Part shown: piece by piece, positions 15,916 to 25,139 of the stretch | Layout of the letters: each line of letters opens with the position of its first letter | Numbering within the stretch: the stretch's first letter is position 1 | Assembly (NCBI GenBank): GCA_965250005.1 | Contig: OZ252279.1 | Location: 840,001 to 872,000 of the forward strand | Reading direction: 5' to 3' | Source of the DNA: Demequinaceae bacterium | GTDB lineage: Bacteria; Actinomycetota; Actinomycetes; Actinomycetales; Demequinaceae | DNA: 32,000 nucleotides | The notes under the pieces: model-generated | Databases searched by the model: none | What the model saw: only the letters and a program-made list of their open reading frames with translations | What the model was told of the DNA's origin: nothing | Translations under genes and position numbers: made by a program

Positions 15916-16182
15916 TTACAACAATATATCCACGACAGATGTGAGAGATTTCACACGGTCCACGCGGGCGTCCGTGACCTCTTGTTCAGGGACCGACGGC
16001 CAGTTTCCGACGCGTTCACACCAGACGCCGCGTAGCCCGGGAGCCTTGGACGCCACCGCGTCGATGTCGAACTCGTCGCCGACGTACATGGTTCGCGCCG
16101 GGTCAGTATTGAGCCAGCGGCACGCCTCGAGGTAGACGCGCGAGTCTGGCTTGCCGAATCCTCTTCCAACACAGCCGAATGA
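15916..16182 (-). pseudogene. HAD-superfamily hydrolase remnant (C-terminal ~88 codons only)
   Basis: FGCVGRGFGKPDSRVYLEACRWLNTDPARTMYVGDEFDIDAVASKAPGLRGVWCER aligns with the C-terminal half of the intact HAD at 18050-18856 (VGKPDPRVFLLACEKLGTEPGQTLYVGDEFDIDGLGALNAGLQSAWLDR). No DxDxT motif-I region is found upstream in any frame. Confidence 0.55.
15940..15955. promoter_or_regulatory. CRP/GlxR-type box upstream of sigma D
   Basis: TGTGA-GAGATT-TCACA, both half-sites perfect, 122-137 nt upstream of the sigma D ATG. Followed on the minus strand by an AT-rich stretch (GGATATATTGTTGTAAACGGTATGAT). Overlaps the last codons of the HAD remnant. Confidence 0.4.
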
Positions 16183-16395
16183 ACGGGTTTGCCGGACTCC
16201 GGGCACAGCCCTACCGACACTTCCCAAGGCCAGGCAATCCGCCCGAAACTTCCCTGGCAAAGGGCGTCTCTTACTGCGCAGGAGGCAGTTCGAAGTTGTC
16301 CCACCAGTGGTCCATATAGATTTCGACGGCTCGGGCGTAGGTTCTCGACCACGATGACCAATGCGCCCCCCAGCCGCAGGAACAACGCGGCCGCA

Positions 16396-16429
16396 CTGTG
16401 GGTCGCGCACGTCTGCGCACGACCCACAG
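16396..16429 (-). terminator. 10-bp perfect stem hairpin just downstream of the ParB/AIPR-like gene
   Basis: CTGTGGGTCG (16396-16405) and CGACCCACAG (16420-16429) with a 14-nt loop, 8 nt after the stop at 16438. No clear U-tract. Confidence 0.4.
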
Positions 16430-16437
16430 CAAGATCC

Positions 16438-17820
16438 CTAGTGGTTCGCGCGCCGCAGGACCGACTCAAAAACATTCTGTGCGAGCCGGTAAACCTCGAT
16501 CGACTTGCCGAACTTCTGCGGGTCATAGTCGAGCGGAGCCATGAAGAGCGAGATCTGCGGCACGATCTCGGCAAGGTGCTTCTTCAGGAAGTCGGCAGGG
16601 TCTACCTTCCAACGCACCGTCTCCCCATCGACTTCAAGGAGCGCACGAAGACCGTATACGTACGGCCAGATGAAGCCCTCGGGCACCCGCCACTCAACAT
16701 TCGTACCCGTGAATGGCGTGACGTGCTGGATCTTGGAGTTCTGATTCATCTTCTTGTTGGCGGTGATCCGGCCCCACTTGCCACTCGCCTCGCTGTTGTA
16801 GAGACCGGGCACATTCGCGTAGATGTAGTCAAACAACTGCGGCATCTTGACCGCGACATCCAACGCGGACTTCACCGAGATGCTCGCAGGCACCTTGGCT
16901 GTCTGGCCAGGAGGAAAGACCTCCTGAGAAGACATGAGGCGCTCGAAACGGGAGACGCAGTCCCCCTTGCTCCGATAGAGGTTCTGAGGAACGGGAGCAG
17001 AGACTTCGCGCTCCTCGGAGTCCTTCGGCAGTTCCTCAACCACACCGAGCGGAACCCACGCGAGCGCGACGATATCGCCAACCTTGATCTTCCCACCCTC
17101 GTTGGTCTTCCACTCCACGTTCTGTGAGACGTCCTTCTGAAGGACTTCCTTGAGGTAGTCGAAGTAGCCCGCCTGGTTCGCCTTGGCCTCAATGCGCAAC
17201 TGCACGTTGTTGTTGCGCGCCGAGCAAATGGCGATGAGGGAGTCGTTGAAGGCGTCGACGGCGATCGGATCCTCAGGCTCCGACGGCACAATAAGTTCGA
17301 CGGGGACGAGAACATCCAGTTCAGGCGCAACGTCCTGTTGCGCCTTCACGCGGGTCTTGAGCGCACGCAGGGCTTCCGATTGCGCGTTCCAGAGGTCTCG
17401 GAACGCGAGCCAGTTCTTCGCCCCGCGAATATCCTTCTCGTTCACACCGGCAACCCGAAGCAGAAGGCGGCCGATCTCAAGCGAGTTGTGCCCGCCGTCA
17501 AGGATGCCCTCAAGCCGCGGCTCAACCACGCTGATCTCGTAACGGCCACGATCCCGCCGCGTGTACTTCGCGGATGCGAGGAGGATGCCCTTCGTCTTCA
17601 GGGGGAAGATGTCTGGAGTTTTCTCGATCGACTCTGCAATTGCGTCCGTCACGGACCCAACGCGCGCCGACCGGGGATTCGCATCGAGATCCACAACTTC
17701 GAGGATGTCAATGAAATTCTTGATCCGTACCATCCCCATGACTCGGACGATGTGATCAATTTCCTGTTCGAAGCTGTGCTCGAACTTGATGGTTACTGCG
17801 GTTTCAATAGAAGGCTTCAT
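16438..17820 (-). CDS. ParB/sulfiredoxin-like N-terminal domain protein, AIPR/DndB-like abortive-infection candidate
   Basis: ORF 16438-17877 trimmed to MKPSIETAVTIKF (ATG 17818-17820, GAAGGGGG upstream), 460 aa. VVDLDANPRSARVGSVTDAIAESI and EGILDGGHNSLEIG resemble ParB-fold NPR and DGxH(R/N) motifs. ICSARNNNVQLRIEAKANQ recalls AIPR-type blocks. GC looks lower than the flanks by eye. The function is inference. Confidence 0.7.
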   Translation of the reverse strand: MKPSIETAVTIKFEHSFEQEIDHIVRVMGMVRIKNFIDILEVVDLDANPRSARVGSVTDAIAESIEKTPDIFPLKTKGILLASAKYTRRDRGRYEISVVEPRLEGILDGGHNSLEIGRLLLRVAGVNEKDIRGAKNWLAFRDLWNAQSEALRALKTRVKAQQDVAPELDVLVPVELIVPSEPEDPIAVDAFNDSLIAICSARNNNVQLRIEAKANQAGYFDYLKEVLQKDVSQNVEWKTNEGGKIKVGDIVALAWVPLGVVEELPKDSEEREVSAPVPQNLYRSKGDCVSRFERLMSSQEVFPPGQTAKVPASISVKSALDVAVKMPQLFDYIYANVPGLYNSEASGKWGRITANKKMNQNSKIQHVTPFTGTNVEWRVPEGFIWPYVYGLRALLEVDGETVRWKVDPADFLKKHLAEIVPQISLFMAPLDYDPQKFGKSIEVYRLAQNVFESVLRRANH

Positions 17821-17878
17821 CAGATGAGCCCCCTTCCCCTGCTGTTGCAGGCGTAGGGGTGCACAGAAAACGGGCATG

Positions 17879-17908
17879 AAAAAACCGCCTCGTCATAGAC
17901 GAAGGCGG
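17879..17908 (-). terminator. Rho-independent terminator after the gltX-HAD unit
   Basis: The minus strand reads CCGCCTTCGTC-TAT-GACGAGGCGG (one bulge) followed by TTTTTT. It lies about 140 nt downstream of the HAD stop and immediately upstream of the ParB/AIPR-like gene. Confidence 0.65.
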
Positions 17909-18049
17909 CGCTCACGTATCCGTGGTCGCCGTGCACCTGTCCAGGCGTACATTCCGGCCACCCATCCGGGTGACCTCCGTCCAGCATACCGCATCGGCAA
18001 GGAATTGTGAGGCCCTACCGTGTGTCGTCTCGTGAAGCGTCTACCCGCG

Positions 18050-18856
18050 CTAGGTTTGCTCGACCGCGATACGAGCCACGTCGGCAAGCGACGTGGCTCG
18101 TATGAGCCCGCTCTCCTCGGCTGCTTCCATCTCATACGCTGGGATCTCGCGCGTCCGCACCCCCGGACGGTCGAGCCACGCTGATTGGAGCCCGGCATTG
18201 AGAGCGCCCAATCCGTCAATGTCGAATTCGTCGCCCACATAGAGCGTCTGACCTGGTTCCGTGCCGAGTTTCTCGCAGGCCAACAGGAAGACTCGGGGAT
18301 CCGGTTTGCCGACGAATCGCGGCGCTTGAGCGCCTGCGCCGGGAACATTTATAGGATTGGCGTTTCCGAATCCCAGCGTGTCCACGCCGACGAGCATGGG
18401 GACTCGCTCCAGACCAACGGCCGCGAGCTTGCCCGCTTGGTATCCGAATCGCGCATTACTTAGCGCGCCGTACGGGATCGCCTCAGCGTCAAGAAAATCG
18501 AGCAGCGGCGCGGCGTCGGGGTGCGCCACCCAGCCGTTCTGGAACGCCTGCTCGAACACGTCCACCCACTCGACGTACTCGTCGTCGCGGAGATCGGGTC
18601 CCTCGTACACCTGGTGCATGTCAACCACGCGCAGCTTGCGCTGCTCGAAGGCCGACGTCTCGCCGCGAGCGTGTGCGCGGTAGTGGCTGTAACGATCTGC
18701 GCGCCAGAACTCGGTGACCTCGAGCGCAGCTGCACCCGCCCGCAAGTGAGGGACGGCAACTACGGCGATCGCGTGCGCGAACGCCGCCTTGGTATCCACA
18801 AGTGTGTCGTCGATGTCGAGCAGCACTCCGTCAATGTCCCGCCCTCGCGCAGTCAC
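18050..18856 (-). CDS. HAD-superfamily hydrolase
   Basis: ORF 18050-19114 trimmed to an in-frame GTG at 18856 (VTARGRDIDGVLLDIDDTLVDT), 7 nt after the gltX stop. Motif I DIDDT, GKPDPRVF, and motif IV YVGDEFDID. The upstream part of the ORF overlaps gltX and is Arg/Ser-rich. Confidence 0.85.
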   Translation of the reverse strand: MTARGRDIDGVLLDIDDTLVDTKAAFAHAIAVVAVPHLRAGAAALEVTEFWRADRYSHYRAHARGETSAFEQRKLRVVDMHQVYEGPDLRDDEYVEWVDVFEQAFQNGWVAHPDAAPLLDFLDAEAIPYGALSNARFGYQAGKLAAVGLERVPMLVGVDTLGFGNANPINVPGAGAQAPRFVGKPDPRVFLLACEKLGTEPGQTLYVGDEFDIDGLGALNAGLQSAWLDRPGVRTREIPAYEMEAAEESGLIRATSLADVARIAVEQT

Positions 18857-18863
18857 GCCGGCA

Positions 18864-20345
18864 CTAGAGAGTGGCCCGGAGGCGGCGCAAGCGAGCGAGC
18901 GTAGACCCCTGTCCGAGTATCTCCATTGACTCGAATAGCGGCGGCGATACCAGCCGGCCGGTGACCGCGACCCGCAGCGGCCCGAAGGCGAACCGCGGCT
19001 TGATCTCCATCTTCTCCACGAGGACGACCTTGAGCGCGTCCTGCTGTGACTGAGCCGAGAAGTCCTCGAGCACATCAAGGACCGCGATCGACGCGTCAAG
19101 GATCTCGGCGGCATTGCCCGGTAGCTTGGCGATCGCCGCTACCTCGTACTCGATCCCGACGTCGGCGGTGAAGAAGAAACCGAGCATTCCCGGCGCCTCG
19201 CTGAGCATCTGAATGCGTTCTTGGACGAGCGGCGCAGCCGCAGCCAGAATGGCTTCTTCGTTCGGGAGCAAGTCGCGCACGGCTGACGCACTCACCACGC
19301 CCGCGGCGTGCAAGTACGGCACGAGCCTCACGACGAAATCCCCCATGGGCAAGAGCCGCATGTGTTCGGCGTTGATCGCCTCGGCCTTCTTCATGTCGAA
19401 CCGCGCGGGGTTGGAATTGACGTCGACAACGTCGAACGCGGTGATCATCTCGTTAAGAGTGAAGACGTCGCGGTCGGCCGAGATGCTCCAGCCGAGCAGC
19501 GCCAAGTAGTTCAGCAGGCCCTCGGGCAGGAAGCCGCGGTCACGGTGGTGGAGCAAGTTGGATTCAGGTTGGCGCTTGCTGAGCTTCTTGTTGCCCTCGC
19601 CGGTGACCATCGGCAGGTGCGCGAACGTAGGCACGGCATCGCCAATGCCCAATTCCACGAGCGCCCTGTGAAGAGTGATCTGGCGGGGAGTAGAACTCAA
19701 CAGGTCCTCGCCCCGAAGCACGTGCGTGATTTTCATCAGTGCATCGTCCACGGGGTTAACGAGCGTGTAGAGCGGGTCCCCATTGCCACGCACGATCACG
19801 AAGTCCGGGATGGAGCCCGCGGGAAATGTGACCTCGCCGCGCACCAAGTCAGTGAAGGTGATGTCCTCATCCGGCATGCGCACGCGTATGACGGGCTTGC
19901 GCCCCTCGGCAAGGTACGCAGCCTTCTGCTCGTTCGTCAGGTCGCGGTCAAAGCCGTCGTAACCGAGCTTGGGATCACGCCCGGCTGCCGAATGGCGCGC
20001 CTCGGTTTCATCGGGGGTGGAGAAGGACTCGTACGCATACCCGCCTTCGATCAGGCGACGAGCAACGTCGTCGTGCAGGTCTCGGCGTTGGCTCTGCCGG
20101 TACGGACCGTAGTCGCCGCCAACCTCGGGACCCTCGTCCCAGTCGAGACCGAGCCAGCGCAGCGACTCGAGCAGCTGCGTGTAAGACTCGTCCGAGTCGC
20201 GCGCGGCGTCCGTGTCCTCAATGCGGAAGACGAAATCCCCGCCCGTGTGCCGCGCGTACGCCCAGTTAAACAGCGCGGTGCGGATGAGTCCGACGTGAGG
20301 CGTGCCGGTAGGGGATGGACAGAAACGGACGCGAACCTTTGTCAA
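18864..20345 (-). CDS. gltX: Glutamate--tRNA ligase
   Basis: 493 aa. [16 protein letters not shown] (HIGH-type motif region) and KLSKR (KMSKS motif). TTG start with GAGGAG 5 nt upstream. Confidence 0.95.
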   Translation of the reverse strand: MTKVRVRFCPSPTGTPHVGLIRTALFNWAYARHTGGDFVFRIEDTDAARDSDESYTQLLESLRWLGLDWDEGPEVGGDYGPYRQSQRRDLHDDVARRLIEGGYAYESFSTPDETEARHSAAGRDPKLGYDGFDRDLTNEQKAAYLAEGRKPVIRVRMPDEDITFTDLVRGEVTFPAGSIPDFVIVRGNGDPLYTLVNPVDDALMKITHVLRGEDLLSSTPRQITLHRALVELGIGDAVPTFAHLPMVTGEGNKKLSKRQPESNLLHHRDRGFLPEGLLNYLALLGWSISADRDVFTLNEMITAFDVVDVNSNPARFDMKKAEAINAEHMRLLPMGDFVVRLVPYLHAAGVVSASAVRDLLPNEEAILAAAAPLVQERIQMLSEAPGMLGFFFTADVGIEYEVAAIAKLPGNAAEILDASIAVLDVLEDFSAQSQQDALKVVLVEKMEIKPRFAFGPLRVAVTGRLVSPPLFESMEILGQGSTLARLRRLRATL

Positions 20346-20373
20346 TTGCGCTCCTCGCTTGGCCGGGTGCCGA

Positions 20374-21162
20374 TCATCGGCGAACCACGGGGTTCATGAG
20401 TACTCCGATACCTTCAATGTCTACTTCGATCCGGTCACCGTGGACCATTTTGGCCACCCCTGCGGGCGTTCCCGTGAGGATCACATCGCCCGGTAGCAGG
20501 GTCACCACCTCGGAGGCAATCTCGATCGCCGTAGCTACGTCGCGGATCATGTCGCTCGTATTGCCCCCCTGGCACGACTTGCCATTAAGTCGCGAACGAA
20601 TCTCGAGACTTGACGTGTCCAGTTCCGTCTCGATCCAGGGCCCAAGCGGCAGCGACGTGTCGAACGCCTTGGCCCGGAACCACTGGTCCTCGTTGCGCTG
20701 CAGGTCGCGCGCCGTCACGTCATTCGCGCACGTGTATCCGTACACGTAGTCAAGCGCGCGCTCGGCCGTGACGTCCTTGGCCATGCGGCCGATCACCACG
20801 GCCAGCTCTGCCTCAAATTGCACGTCTTCGCTGTAGTGCGGCAGGACGATCGGGTCGTCCGGACCAATCACGGACGTGTTCGGCTTGAGGAACAGGATCG
20901 GCACGTCCGAGTCCGGGCCGCGGCTCGGAATCTCTCTAGCGTGCGCCTCGTAGTTCTTGCCAAGGCAGACTGCCTTGGACCGCGGGATGATGGGAGCGAG
21001 CAGTCGCACGTTGTCGGAATCAAGCGGAACGCGCTCGCCCGTTGGCTGCCCGGGAACGAACATTGGGTCCCCCGAGAGCACTACCAGTTCCTCGGCCCCA
21101 GGGTCACCTTCGACCATGGCATAGCGAGGGTCCTGACCAGTGGTGAACCGTGCGATGCGCAT
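20374..21162 (-). CDS. Fumarylacetoacetate hydrolase (FAH) family protein
   Basis: 262 aa. [54 protein letters not shown] blocks typical of FAH/HpcE-like enzymes. The position upstream of gltX is conserved in Actinobacteria (from memory). Confidence 0.9.
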   Translation of the reverse strand: MRIARFTTGQDPRYAMVEGDPGAEELVVLSGDPMFVPGQPTGERVPLDSDNVRLLAPIIPRSKAVCLGKNYEAHAREIPSRGPDSDVPILFLKPNTSVIGPDDPIVLPHYSEDVQFEAELAVVIGRMAKDVTAERALDYVYGYTCANDVTARDLQRNEDQWFRAKAFDTSLPLGPWIETELDTSSLEIRSRLNGKSCQGGNTSDMIRDVATAIEIASEVVTLLPGDVILTGTPAGVAKMVHGDRIEVDIEGIGVLMNPVVRR

Positions 21163-21211
21163 AGCCCCAGGGTAGTCGGTGCGGGCGGGCGCTCGACGCT
21201 ACCCTTCTTCC

Positions 21212-22378
21212 ATGGAGCCCGACAGCACCGAGACCGCCGGCCGCGCCAAAACGCGCGGCGCAGGCCGCTTGGTGGGAATCGACATTGTCCGCGGCCTCGC
21301 CGTGCTCGGCATGTTCGCCGGCCACGTGGGCGATTGGGGATCGCGAGACTCAAACGGTGACGGGTGGTGGCTGCTGTTCGTAGCCGACGGGCGCCCCTCC
21401 GCCACGTTCGCGCTGCTCGTCGGCGTCTCGATCGCGCTCATGCTGACCGGACGCAGCGGCTCGGCGCCACTCGTGGGTGCCCCGCCAGCGAACCCTCCCC
21501 ACACCCGACTGCGCGTGGTGGTGCGAGCTGGCCTCGTCATCGCCCTGGGCTACGCGCTCATCGCACTCCACACCCCCGTCGCGGTGATCCTGGTGTCGTT
21601 CGGGACCATGTTTGCGCTCGCGACCATCGCGCTCCGCTGGCCAACAAGAGTGCTACTCGCACTGGCCGCGCTCTTCGCGATCGGCGGGCCGTTCCTTCTG
21701 AGGTGGCTCCGACCCAAGATCTCAAACACTGAACTGTATGACTTTCCCGTGGTCGAGTCCCTGTGGTCGTTCTACTACCCTGGCATCGTGTGGATGGCCT
21801 ACATTTTGGTTGGCCTGGTGGTGGGCCGGCTGGCGCTCAGTGAAAAGGCCACGCGGGCACGGCTCGCGCTCTACGGCGGCGCGCTCGCGATTGCAGGATA
21901 TGTCATCGCCCCACTGCTCGGAGGCACGAGCCCGCTTCCCAACAGCACCGCAGGCACGCACTGGTGGCTGAGCGCCGTGCCACATTCGCGCGGCCCATTC
22001 TCGGCATACGCGCCACCCGAGGTGCTCGGAAACATCGGGTGGACTCTGCTATGGCTCGCCGTGTTCCTCGCTCTCGCGAAGCGGTTTCGCCAAGCATTCG
22101 CGCCCATCGCGGCCATCGGATCCATGGCGCTCACCATCTACGTCGCGCACATTCTCGTGATCTGGGCGATCGACCGGATGTCGAGCCGCCCGGGCGGCCA
22201 CCTCTTGGTCTACGAGCCGAACAACATCTCGCTCGTCGCGTTCTGGATAGTGGGGCTGTCCTTCGCGTGGGTGTGGAAGCGGAACCTCGGCGCGGGCCCA
22301 CTCGAGAAACTGATGACAGCGGTATCGACATGGATCGCCGATGCGCTGGTGGGAAAGCGATACTCCAGGCGAAGTTAG
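21212..22378 (+). CDS. DUF418/DUF1624-type polytopic membrane protein (YeiB-like)
   Basis: ORF 21179-22378 trimmed to MEPDSTE. RLVGIDIVRGLAVLGMFAGHV is the typical N-terminal motif. Multiple hydrophobic segments run through to the C-terminus. Confidence 0.7.
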   Translation: MEPDSTETAGRAKTRGAGRLVGIDIVRGLAVLGMFAGHVGDWGSRDSNGDGWWLLFVADGRPSATFALLVGVSIALMLTGRSGSAPLVGAPPANPPHTRLRVVVRAGLVIALGYALIALHTPVAVILVSFGTMFALATIALRWPTRVLLALAALFAIGGPFLLRWLRPKISNTELYDFPVVESLWSFYYPGIVWMAYILVGLVVGRLALSEKATRARLALYGGALAIAGYVIAPLLGGTSPLPNSTAGTHWWLSAVPHSRGPFSAYAPPEVLGNIGWTLLWLAVFLALAKRFRQAFAPIAAIGSMALTIYVAHILVIWAIDRMSSRPGGHLLVYEPNNISLVAFWIVGLSFAWVWKRNLGAGPLEKLMTAVSTWIADALVGKRYSRRS

Positions 22379-22431
22379 ATCAGGCGCGTCGACTGACGCT
22401 CGCCACCGTCAAGCGTCGGTAGAGTCGAAAC

Positions 22432-22932
22432 GTGTCCAAGAAGAAGCTCACGGGCGGATCCACTCCCGCCATCGTCGCGCTTGAGCGCGCGGGCGTGGCG
22501 CACACGCTGCACCCGTACGAGCACGATCCGGCCAGCGACCTAGGCTACGGGCTGGAAGCGGCCGCTGCCATTGGTGTCGCCCCCGATCAAGTCTTCAAGA
22601 CGCTGTGCGTGCTGGCCGACGGCGAGCTCGCCATGGGCATCGTGCCCGTGGACTCGACGCTCGATCTCAAGGCGATGGCCGCCGCACTGGGCGCGAAGAA
22701 GGCGAGTATGGCTCCGGTGGCGGACGCCGAGCGCGCGACGGGCTACGTGGTGGGCGGGATATCGCCCATTGGTGGCCGCAAACAGCTCAGCGCCGCACTC
22801 GACGGTTCCGCCCTCAGGTTCGACGCCGTGTATGTGAGCGGCGGGCGCCGGGGCCTGGACGTAGGGCTCGCGCCCGCAGACCTGGTGGCGACCATCGGCG
22901 CCACGACCGCGTCCATCGCGAGGCGCGACTAG
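22432..22932 (+). CDS. ybaK: Cys-tRNA(Pro)/Cys-tRNA(Cys) deacylase YbaK
   Basis: 166 aa. TPAIVALERAGVAHTLHPYEHDP, VFKTLCV, ATGYVVGGISPIGG blocks typical of YbaK/EbsC. GTG start. Confidence 0.9.
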   Translation: MSKKKLTGGSTPAIVALERAGVAHTLHPYEHDPASDLGYGLEAAAAIGVAPDQVFKTLCVLADGELAMGIVPVDSTLDLKAMAAALGAKKASMAPVADAERATGYVVGGISPIGGRKQLSAALDGSALRFDAVYVSGGRRGLDVGLAPADLVATIGATTASIARRD

Positions 22933-23681
22933 TGGGGCTCGAACTCTCCCCCGGCGCGCAAGGCTGGGACTACGCGACTCGCCTGAACGAGGCGCGGGCA
23001 CGCGTGGACATCGCTGAGGCGCAGTCGGGCCGCGCGGGGTCCGGATGTCGCGTGATGGTGGCGACCAAGTCGTTCGACGCGGACGCCGTGCGCGCCGTGT
23101 GCACGGCGGGCGCGCTGCTCGTGGGCGAGAACCGGGCGCAAGAACTCGCCGCCAAGGGGCCCGCGCTTCGAGAGACGAAGGCCCGCGTCCACGTGATCGG
23201 CCCACTCCAGCGAAACAAGGCGCGCGAGGCGGTCGCCTGGGCTGACTGCGTCCAGACGGTGGACACCATCGAACTCGCCGAGCGGCTGTCCCGCCTGTGC
23301 GTCGAGGCCGAGCGCAAGCTCAACGTGATGATCCAAGTGAACGTCACCGGCGAGCCGCAGAAGCACGGCGTCGCGCCCGACGCCGCTCGCCAGCTGGCCG
23401 CAGCTGTCGCCGCCCTGCCCGCGCTCACCGTGACGGGGTTCATGACCGTCGGGCTCGACTCCCCAGACCAGGCGGCCGTCCGCGCCGGCTACGCGACGCT
23501 GCGCGAGATCCGCGATCGCAACCTGATCCTCGCCGAGCGCGGAGAGAACCCCGAGTTGGCGACCGCGTGGGAACTGTCGATGGGCATGTCGAGAGACCTC
23601 GAGTGGGCCGTCGCTGAAGGCGCGACCATGGTGCGTATCGGCACCGCAATCATGGGCGAGAGACTGCCCCGAGGTCACTAG
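22932..23681 (+). CDS. yggS: YggS-family pyridoxal-phosphate homeostasis protein
   Basis: ORF 22605-23681 trimmed to an in-frame GTG at 22932, which overlaps the ybaK TAG by 1 nt. VATKSF (PLP Lys), VGENRAQE, HVIGPLQRNK, ELSMGMSRDLEWAVAEGATMVRIGTAI. Confidence 0.9.
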   Translation: MGLELSPGAQGWDYATRLNEARARVDIAEAQSGRAGSGCRVMVATKSFDADAVRAVCTAGALLVGENRAQELAAKGPALRETKARVHVIGPLQRNKAREAVAWADCVQTVDTIELAERLSRLCVEAERKLNVMIQVNVTGEPQKHGVAPDAARQLAAAVAALPALTVTGFMTVGLDSPDQAAVRAGYATLREIRDRNLILAERGENPELATAWELSMGMSRDLEWAVAEGATMVRIGTAIMGERLPRGH

Positions 23682-23689
23682 CCGGCGGA

Positions 23690-24232
23690 CTAGCCGACGA
23701 GCGTCAAGTCCTCGAGCACGTACCCGGGAAATGTCACGCCCGTGAGCGTCACGTTGTATCCGCCCTCAAGCTGGTCGATCACGATGTTTCCCGTACTCCC
23801 AGGGCCGAGTGCTTCCAGCGGGCCGGTGCCATCGGGGTCGAGGTAGACGCAGATGCCATTTGCGCTGCAGTCGAGCGCGAACGTGCCAAGCTGTCCCGTC
23901 CACCCTGCGCCGTAGAGCGTGTAGAGCTCGATGCCAACGAACAAATCAGAGTCGTTGGTGTGGATGTGGTAATACGGGTCGGCCGGATTGGTCTCGACAA
24001 ATAGGTAGAAGAGCTCCGTCAGCGCGCTCGGGTCGACCGTGACGGAGACGTTGCCTTCCGCATCGGGGTCGCCTAGCGTGACGGGCGCGCCGGAAGCCTC
24101 GTCCGTGGGGGCGTTCGTGGTCTCTTCTGGGGGAGTCACTGGCGTCTCCTCATCCGAGTTCGCCGCCGTGGAGCAGCCGGCCACGAACAGGACCGCCGAC
24201 GCCGTCGCCACTGCAAGAGTTTTCCGAATCAT
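23690..24232 (-). CDS. Hypothetical lipoprotein
   Basis: ORF trimmed to MIRKTLAVATASAVLFVAGCS (lipobox FVAGC), followed by a Thr/Pro/Glu-rich linker and a beta-rich domain. No family recognised. Confidence 0.65.
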   Translation of the reverse strand: MIRKTLAVATASAVLFVAGCSTAANSDEETPVTPPEETTNAPTDEASGAPVTLGDPDAEGNVSVTVDPSALTELFYLFVETNPADPYYHIHTNDSDLFVGIELYTLYGAGWTGQLGTFALDCSANGICVYLDPDGTGPLEALGPGSTGNIVIDQLEGGYNVTLTGVTFPGYVLEDLTLVG

Positions 24233-24363
24233 GATCTTCTCCCCAAAACTAGTTAGCAGCCAGGCTACGGCCAGGCGTGACCGGCGTCCACTCATGGGCG
24301 AAGCCCGACGCACGCGAAGGCCCCTAACTAGTCGGAATCGCCCATGCTAGTTACCCTTGCTCC

Positions 24364-25086
24364 ATGACCGACAAAGCCCAAATGCCCAGCCCGTTCGAGG
24401 GCCCGGACGAGGCGAAGGTCTCTGGCAGACTCAACTGGCTGCGGGCCGGAGTCCTTGGCGCGAATGATGGCATCGTTTCCGTCGCCGCCCTGGTGGTCGG
24501 CGTTGCCGCAGCGACCGACGTGGACGCGACCATCGCGACCGCCGGGCTCGCAGGGATCGCAGCGGGAGCGCTCTCGATGGGCGTGGGCGAATACGTATCC
24601 GTGTACAGCCAGCGCGACGCTGAGGAAGCTCAGATTGCTCGCGAGAAAGTCTGGCACAAGGCGCGCCCGCAATGGGAACTTCAGCAGTTGGTACGCCTAA
24701 ATATGGAGACCGGGATGTCCATCAAGGTGGCCGAGCAGGCCGCCAAAGAACAGACAGCGCATGACCCACTGGCCATCCACGCGCTCATGCACCTAGGCGT
24801 CGACCCAGACGAGCTCACCAGCCCGATCCAGGCTGGCATCGCTTCGCTCATCGCGTTCACCGTTGGGGGCATCGCGCCCATCGCCACCATCTTGTTGGGG
24901 TCGGAGCAGTGGCGCATCCCGCTGACGTTCATTGCCGTGCTTGCGGCACTTGCCCTGACCGGAACGCTATCCGCGCGCGTCGCTCACTCTCCCTACCGGC
25001 GCGCAATCCTCCGCAACGTGCTCGGTGGCGCGGTCGCCATGACCGTCACGTATGGCATCGGCCTATTGGTTGGCGCCGTGGTCTAG
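24364..25086 (+). CDS. VIT1/CCC1-family iron/manganese transporter
   Basis: 240 aa. NWLRAGVLGANDGIVSVAALVVGVA and GEYVSV motifs plus C-terminal TM helices typical of the VIT family. Confidence 0.85.
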   Translation: MTDKAQMPSPFEGPDEAKVSGRLNWLRAGVLGANDGIVSVAALVVGVAAATDVDATIATAGLAGIAAGALSMGVGEYVSVYSQRDAEEAQIAREKVWHKARPQWELQQLVRLNMETGMSIKVAEQAAKEQTAHDPLAIHALMHLGVDPDELTSPIQAGIASLIAFTVGGIAPIATILLGSEQWRIPLTFIAVLAALALTGTLSARVAHSPYRRAILRNVLGGAVAMTVTYGIGLLVGAVV

Positions 25087-25139
25087 AGCGCTGCGGCACT
25101 CGGTCACCTGTGAAGCGACACCGCCACCCGGCGCGCCCG

